A DNA stretch of 64,000 bases, taken from positions 311,426,001 through 311,490,000 of the forward strand of contig OZ024741.1 of the NCBI GenBank assembly GCA_964016885.1, read 5' to 3'. Positions 59,370-64,000 of the stretch are shown piece after piece. The stretch comes from Eledone cirrhosa (lineage: Eukaryota). Under the pieces are notes generated by a model. It was not told the origin of the DNA and did no database searches. It saw only the letters and a program-made list of their open reading frames with translations. Position 1 is the stretch's first letter. Each line of letters starts with the position of its first letter. Position numbers and translations under genes: made by a program.

Positions 59370-61445
59370 TTAATTGTAAGTTGTGATGTTGCTGTTCCAC
59401 TCATATTTTCTATTTAATTTTGGTTGTAATTCTTTTATGTTTATTGCCTCTGTGGTTTGTCTAAACATTGCGTCTTTTCTGTGTGTAGATTCTATTTTTA
59501 TTTCTATGTTCTCTAATTTACCCTTGTGTTCTATTTTAGCATGTTGGTAGAGTACAGATGATTCTTTACTATCTTGAAAGTCTCGCCAGTGTTCATTTAT
59601 CCGTTCCCCTACACTACGAGCTGTCTCACCTATGTACACTATATTTTTGTCTCTACATTGTCCTTCAGTACATCTCATGCTATACACTACACTTCTAGTT
59701 TTACAGTTAATATGGGGGCTCATTTTACAGGTTATACATTTCTTATCGATACATGAGGGTCTTTGAAAAGGGTATGTCTTGCTAATAAGTGTTTTTACGG
59801 AGTGACCTGGTCTTTCTACTATCTTAATATTGAGTTTATGTTTATCTAGGGCCCTTCTAAATTTGTAAGCTAATTCACCTCTAGGGGTTGTATCGATGAA
59901 CATTACACTCTGGTATTTATTGCTATCATACCATGAGTTTATTCTATTAGCCTTGTTCCTAGTTCTTTCTATTCTATTCCAAAATTTGCACCTATACAAG
60001 GGGCAGGTCCCATTTATGTCATTATTTACCATTTTTTCCCATCTGGTTCTGGCTCCTCTATACACTCTGATTTTATCTCTCTGATTGTAGCCAGAGAACT
60101 GCATACGGTGGATGAAGTGTTGTATGTGTCTCTCTAGTTCTTCGGGGTTGCACATGCGGGACACGTTTCTCATCACCCGTACCAAATCCGCAATTAGTAT
60201 GTTGATTTTGGTATGGTCCGAAACGGCCGAGTTTCGGTGGATCAGATGTTTGGAAGTCATGGGTTTGGCATAATGGGAATGGAGGATTTGTTTTTTGTTA
60301 TTAATGGTATCTAACCAGAGCTCTGTGTCTAGTACAGGTAATCGATGGTTGGGGTGTTTACTTGGGTAGTCTATAGTAACTCTAATGCTCTGGTGGATGG
60401 AGTTAACTATTTGCTGGATGCTTTCCATTGTGTTTTTCTCTAGTTCCTGACTGTTCTCTAATGGGGGTGTCTTAACTACGATGTTTATATCATCAACGTA
60501 GCGGGAGTACATTATCAGGGTTAAGGGGTCTTCTAATTGTACTTTAAGTTTAAGTTTAAGTCTACTGTCCCACCATACCATGAATAAGTTAGCTATCTCG
60601 CCTGCAATGCTAACACTAATGGCTGCTCCTTCCTCTTGGGCATATGTTTTTCCATTAAATTTGAACATATTTTCCTTAAGGGTTAGTTTTATGCTGACCC
60701 CTACCGCATGTGCAATCATTTTCTTCAGTTCGTCGTGGTTTTCGGGTGTCCGTATGGCTCTGGTCCACCCGTTCCATCTATCTGTGTGGGTTTTCTTGGC
60801 CATTGAGGTAATGGTAGGTGGTCTGCCTCTTGCTGGTCTTGTAGGGCACAGGTTGCTAAGGTCATATGTGTCTAGGTAATTATTACTATTGGTAAGTTTA
60901 AGTAGGAGTCCCAGCTCACTGGTATCAATCCCACAGAACTCAACATTGCTCTCACTGATCATTTCTACGCATTTCTCCACAGCAAAATCCACGTCCATGG
61001 ATGGATACAGGGACACAACATCCATACTACATATTATGCAGTTTGTTAGGTCCCTAGATTGGTTACTCTCGCCGATTCTGCTGAGGAGGTCCTCCGTGCT
61101 GTCACATACATCTGGGGACATTTCAATGATGGGGCGTATGATCAGGGAGAGGAAGTAGGACAGTCTGTAGTTACTAGCAATGTTAACTCCACAGACTGGC
61201 CGTGTTGGTAGTCCCGCGACAGGGTCACTGCCCGTTTTATGGTCTTTTCGAAGCCCATACAACGCCGGCACGTCATTGTTCCAGGCCTGGAAGTTGTTGG
61301 CAGTGCTTTTGTTGGGCTGCATTATATTCGTCCACAACACCATATGGGCATTGAGGGCTTTTTCAACAATATTCGCACACACATATACAACACAGATCCC
61401 AACAACAACAGACACACAGACACAAACAACAACGGTAATATACAA
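59370..61445 (-). CDS. Penelope-like element PLE3 RT + GIY-YIG endonuclease (5'-truncated; the first ~25 aa are probably non-element sequence)
   Basis: 691 aa open frame: YGLRKDHK, PTRPV, SMDVVSLYPS, FKFNGKTYAQEEG, RYVDDI, LPVLD, Cys-rich linker CxxxxCxxC, VVYSMRC, YIGETAR..ERINEH. Confidence 0.92.
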   Translation of the reverse strand: MYITVVVCVCVSVVVGICVVYVCANIVEKALNAHMVLWTNIMQPNKSTANNFQAWNNDVPALYGLRKDHKTGSDPVAGLPTRPVCGVNIASNYRLSYFLSLIIRPIIEMSPDVCDSTEDLLSRIGESNQSRDLTNCIICSMDVVSLYPSMDVDFAVEKCVEMISESNVEFCGIDTSELGLLLKLTNSNNYLDTYDLSNLCPTRPARGRPPTITSMAKKTHTDRWNGWTRAIRTPENHDELKKMIAHAVGVSIKLTLKENMFKFNGKTYAQEEGAAISVSIAGEIANLFMVWWDSRLKLKLKVQLEDPLTLIMYSRYVDDINIVVKTPPLENSQELEKNTMESIQQIVNSIHQSIRVTIDYPSKHPNHRLPVLDTELWLDTINNKKQILHSHYAKPMTSKHLIHRNSAVSDHTKINILIADLVRVMRNVSRMCNPEELERHIQHFIHRMQFSGYNQRDKIRVYRGARTRWEKMVNNDINGTCPLYRCKFWNRIERTRNKANRINSWYDSNKYQSVMFIDTTPRGELAYKFRRALDKHKLNIKIVERPGHSVKTLISKTYPFQRPSCIDKKCITCKMSPHINCKTRSVVYSMRCTEGQCRDKNIVYIGETARSVGERINEHWRDFQDSKESSVLYQHAKIEHKGKLENIEIKIESTHRKDAMFRQTTEAINIKELQPKLNRKYEWNSNITTYN

Positions 61446-61640
61446 TTATTAAATATATAATTAGATAAATAAATGCCATTGTTAATTAATAAATAAATCA
61501 ACGAATACCTTAACACTTCACACAAAGTAAAAAATTTCGTTTTAATCATTTTCTAACCCAGAAAAAAAGAGAGGAGAAAGAAATAAAAGAGGAGAAAATA
61601 TATGTTTCTTCCTAATAATCGTCTCTTTCTCTCTGTCTTG

Positions 61641-61671
<31 letters not shown>

Positions 61672-61860
61672 TACATGTATATCATCAGCCGTTGATGATA
61701 TACACGTAGTTAAATATATTCCTTATTTGATATTTTGTAATTAACCCTACATAGATCAATAACGGAATATGCGTACGTTGTATTATTATCACCTAGAAAC
61801 GATCGTAATGCAGTGAAGCATATTTCTAATGACTTGAATTTTTATTTCATTGTTTTAACT

Positions 61861-61994
<134 letters not shown>

Positions 61995-62072
61995 TGTGTG
62001 TGTTGTGTGTGCATACATATGTATCTATCTATCTATTTACATATAGATAGATAGATACATATATATACACAC

Positions 62073-64000
62073 AAGGCTTTAGAAAAGAAGAAAACGTAAA
62101 AGGAACTGGTAGCTAAAGTAGAAGAGGTACTTAGGAATGGCAGTACAGCTGACGTGCTAGCGGCGAGAACGGCACTAGACCAGTTCTTCAACGTGAAACA
62201 TGAAGGTTGTATTGTCAGAAATAGAACACGTGCCCTAATAAACGAGGGAGCCAAAGCTGTTAGCTCGGCCCTAGTTGCAGAGGCGAAAAGTGGCAACGAA
62301 TCCACAATTCGATCCTTGCAAGACAGAGATGGACGCATTTTACTTGAATCCAAGCAGATGTGCACAGCCTTCCAGCAGCATTTTGCACAACAGTTCGGGC
62401 AAAGCGGTACGTCAGGGGAGGTGGTGGACTTCAGCTCCTAACTCGATGGCGTACCACAACTCTCGAGCACGGATGCGGAGATCTGCGAAAGGCCGATCAC
62501 AGCGGGCGAAATAGAAGATGCCCTAGGCCGCTGTGGGAAACGCAAATCACGCGGTTTAGATGGTCTACCCTATGAGGTTTACATAGATATTACATATTTG
62601 TTTTCTGGCGTCCTCGAAGCGGTCTAATGTAATTGGCTGCAGAAAGGGACGATTCCCAGTTCTGTAGGCAGAGGCGTAGTAAAGCTGATCAGGAGAGATT
62701 AGAACGAGGGGGATGAGATAAGCAATTTCAGGCCCATAACTCTGCTCAACACAGAGTTAAAGATTTTGGCAAAGGTGTTAGCAACGAGGCTGGGTCTAGT
62801 CGTCGTGAAGCTGGTAGGGGAAGCGCAAACGTGTGAAATCCCGACCAGGTCCATACACAACAACCTCCACCTCATGCGATATATCATAGAGAGTGTAGGA
62901 TGTAAACTTGGCTTCGGTGGGATCCTGATCAATTTAGATCTATCTAATGTATTTGATAGGCTCGACCGTCAATACTTGGAAGTGGTTCTCAAGGCGGACG
63001 GCCTCGGTCCCGTCTTCATAGGCTGGATCGCTGCCATGCACACCAGCATCTGCACGGCAATCAAGGTGAATGTCTACCTATCGGAGCCATTCCAAATCAT
63101 GCGTTCCATACGTCAGGGGTGCACTCGTTCCTCCGTTCTGTATGTAATGACTCTCGAGCCATTACTGCGGAAGTTGGAGCTGTTGCAGGGCATCACGATC
63201 GAACCGGGACTGGGGAAAGCAGCATCGCCCTATTCCCGACGACATAACCGTAATGGTGGCGAAAACCACGGACATCGGCGTAATCGGCAACATATTGCAG
63301 GAATACGATACGTTGACAGGAGCAAGAGTCAACCCAAACAAGTCTGTCGGTTTACAACTCGGCACAGGACGAGGCAAACCCATGCCTTCCGACAGTGTCT
63401 TTGGACGCTGGGAGGAAGGACCGGTGAAATTGCTCGGAGTGTGGTTTGGTCCTGATCCCCAGGTAGACAAGAACTGGAACGAGGTGACGGCGAAGGAGTT
63501 TGCTCTCATCCAGAAGTGGGCTGAGGGCAAACTCTCCTTGAAAGGTCGAGCGGAGGTGGCGAACACGTACATATCATCCGTCATCTACTACCGCTTGACT
63601 GTCGTGCCTTGTCCCCGCGAATACCTCACCAAAATATAACGCCTACTCTTCACGTTCCTCTGGAAGAAACAGGATCCATTGCTGAGGAGATCCATCTGCT
63701 GTCAACACCCTTCTAACGTGGCTGATGATGCGCAGACACGCGCTGAGGCTACGCCAACTCCAGATGTTCCTGATTGGCAAACCGCTGTGGCTATCGTTTC
63801 TGAGACGAGCTCTTCCACAACTCGTCTCACTAACAGAGCTGCAGTCCTGGGTCAAGCGAAGACCGAAAATGGGCACCTGATAACTCGAGTGCCTTCAGTC
63901 GCTCACAGCCCTTTACCAAGCGGAAACGGCAATCAGCAGAGACTCTACTTCGACATTCTGTAGGGGATTATTGGAGGATAAGTGCGACGACGTTTTCAGG
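62073..64000 (+). mobile_element. Tx1-like LINE T8, ORF2 RT region (continues beyond window)
   Basis: FRPITLLNTELKILAK, NLDLSNVFDR, IRQGC, LSLKGRAEVAN; several stops and frameshifts. Confidence 0.9.

Overview
This is an AT- and microsatellite-rich animal intergenic or intronic window. The tRNA-derived SINE resembles, from memory, the OK/OR-type SINEs of octopus, so a cephalopod host is likely but inferred. No host gene can be supported with confidence; almost everything is a nested pile of mostly decayed transposons. It contains two R4/Dong-like RLE LINE remnants, about 8 pieces of Tx1/L1-like LINEs (mostly in a 17-41 kb cluster), three RTE fragments and at least five Penelope-like elements (PLEs). 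It also holds several non-autonomous Helitrons (one with a PIF1-helicase remnant missed by the ORF track), a Merlin-like foldback, a mariner-like MITE, five SINE copies and a 1.8 kb pyrimidine minisatellite. Five signals stand out: (i) four canonical and several degenerate or variant minimal hammerhead ribozymes at PLE 3' ends; (ii) a conserved GT..AG mini-intron-like signal overlapping the Tx1 ORF1 stop that could fuse ORF1 to ORF2 in frame; (iii) a shared 3' end between the SINE and the Tx1-like LINE; (iv) a nearly open PLE ORF with a long insertion in the RT fingers; (v) a codon-precise inversion of a LINE 3' end. All calls were made by eye and boundaries are approximate.
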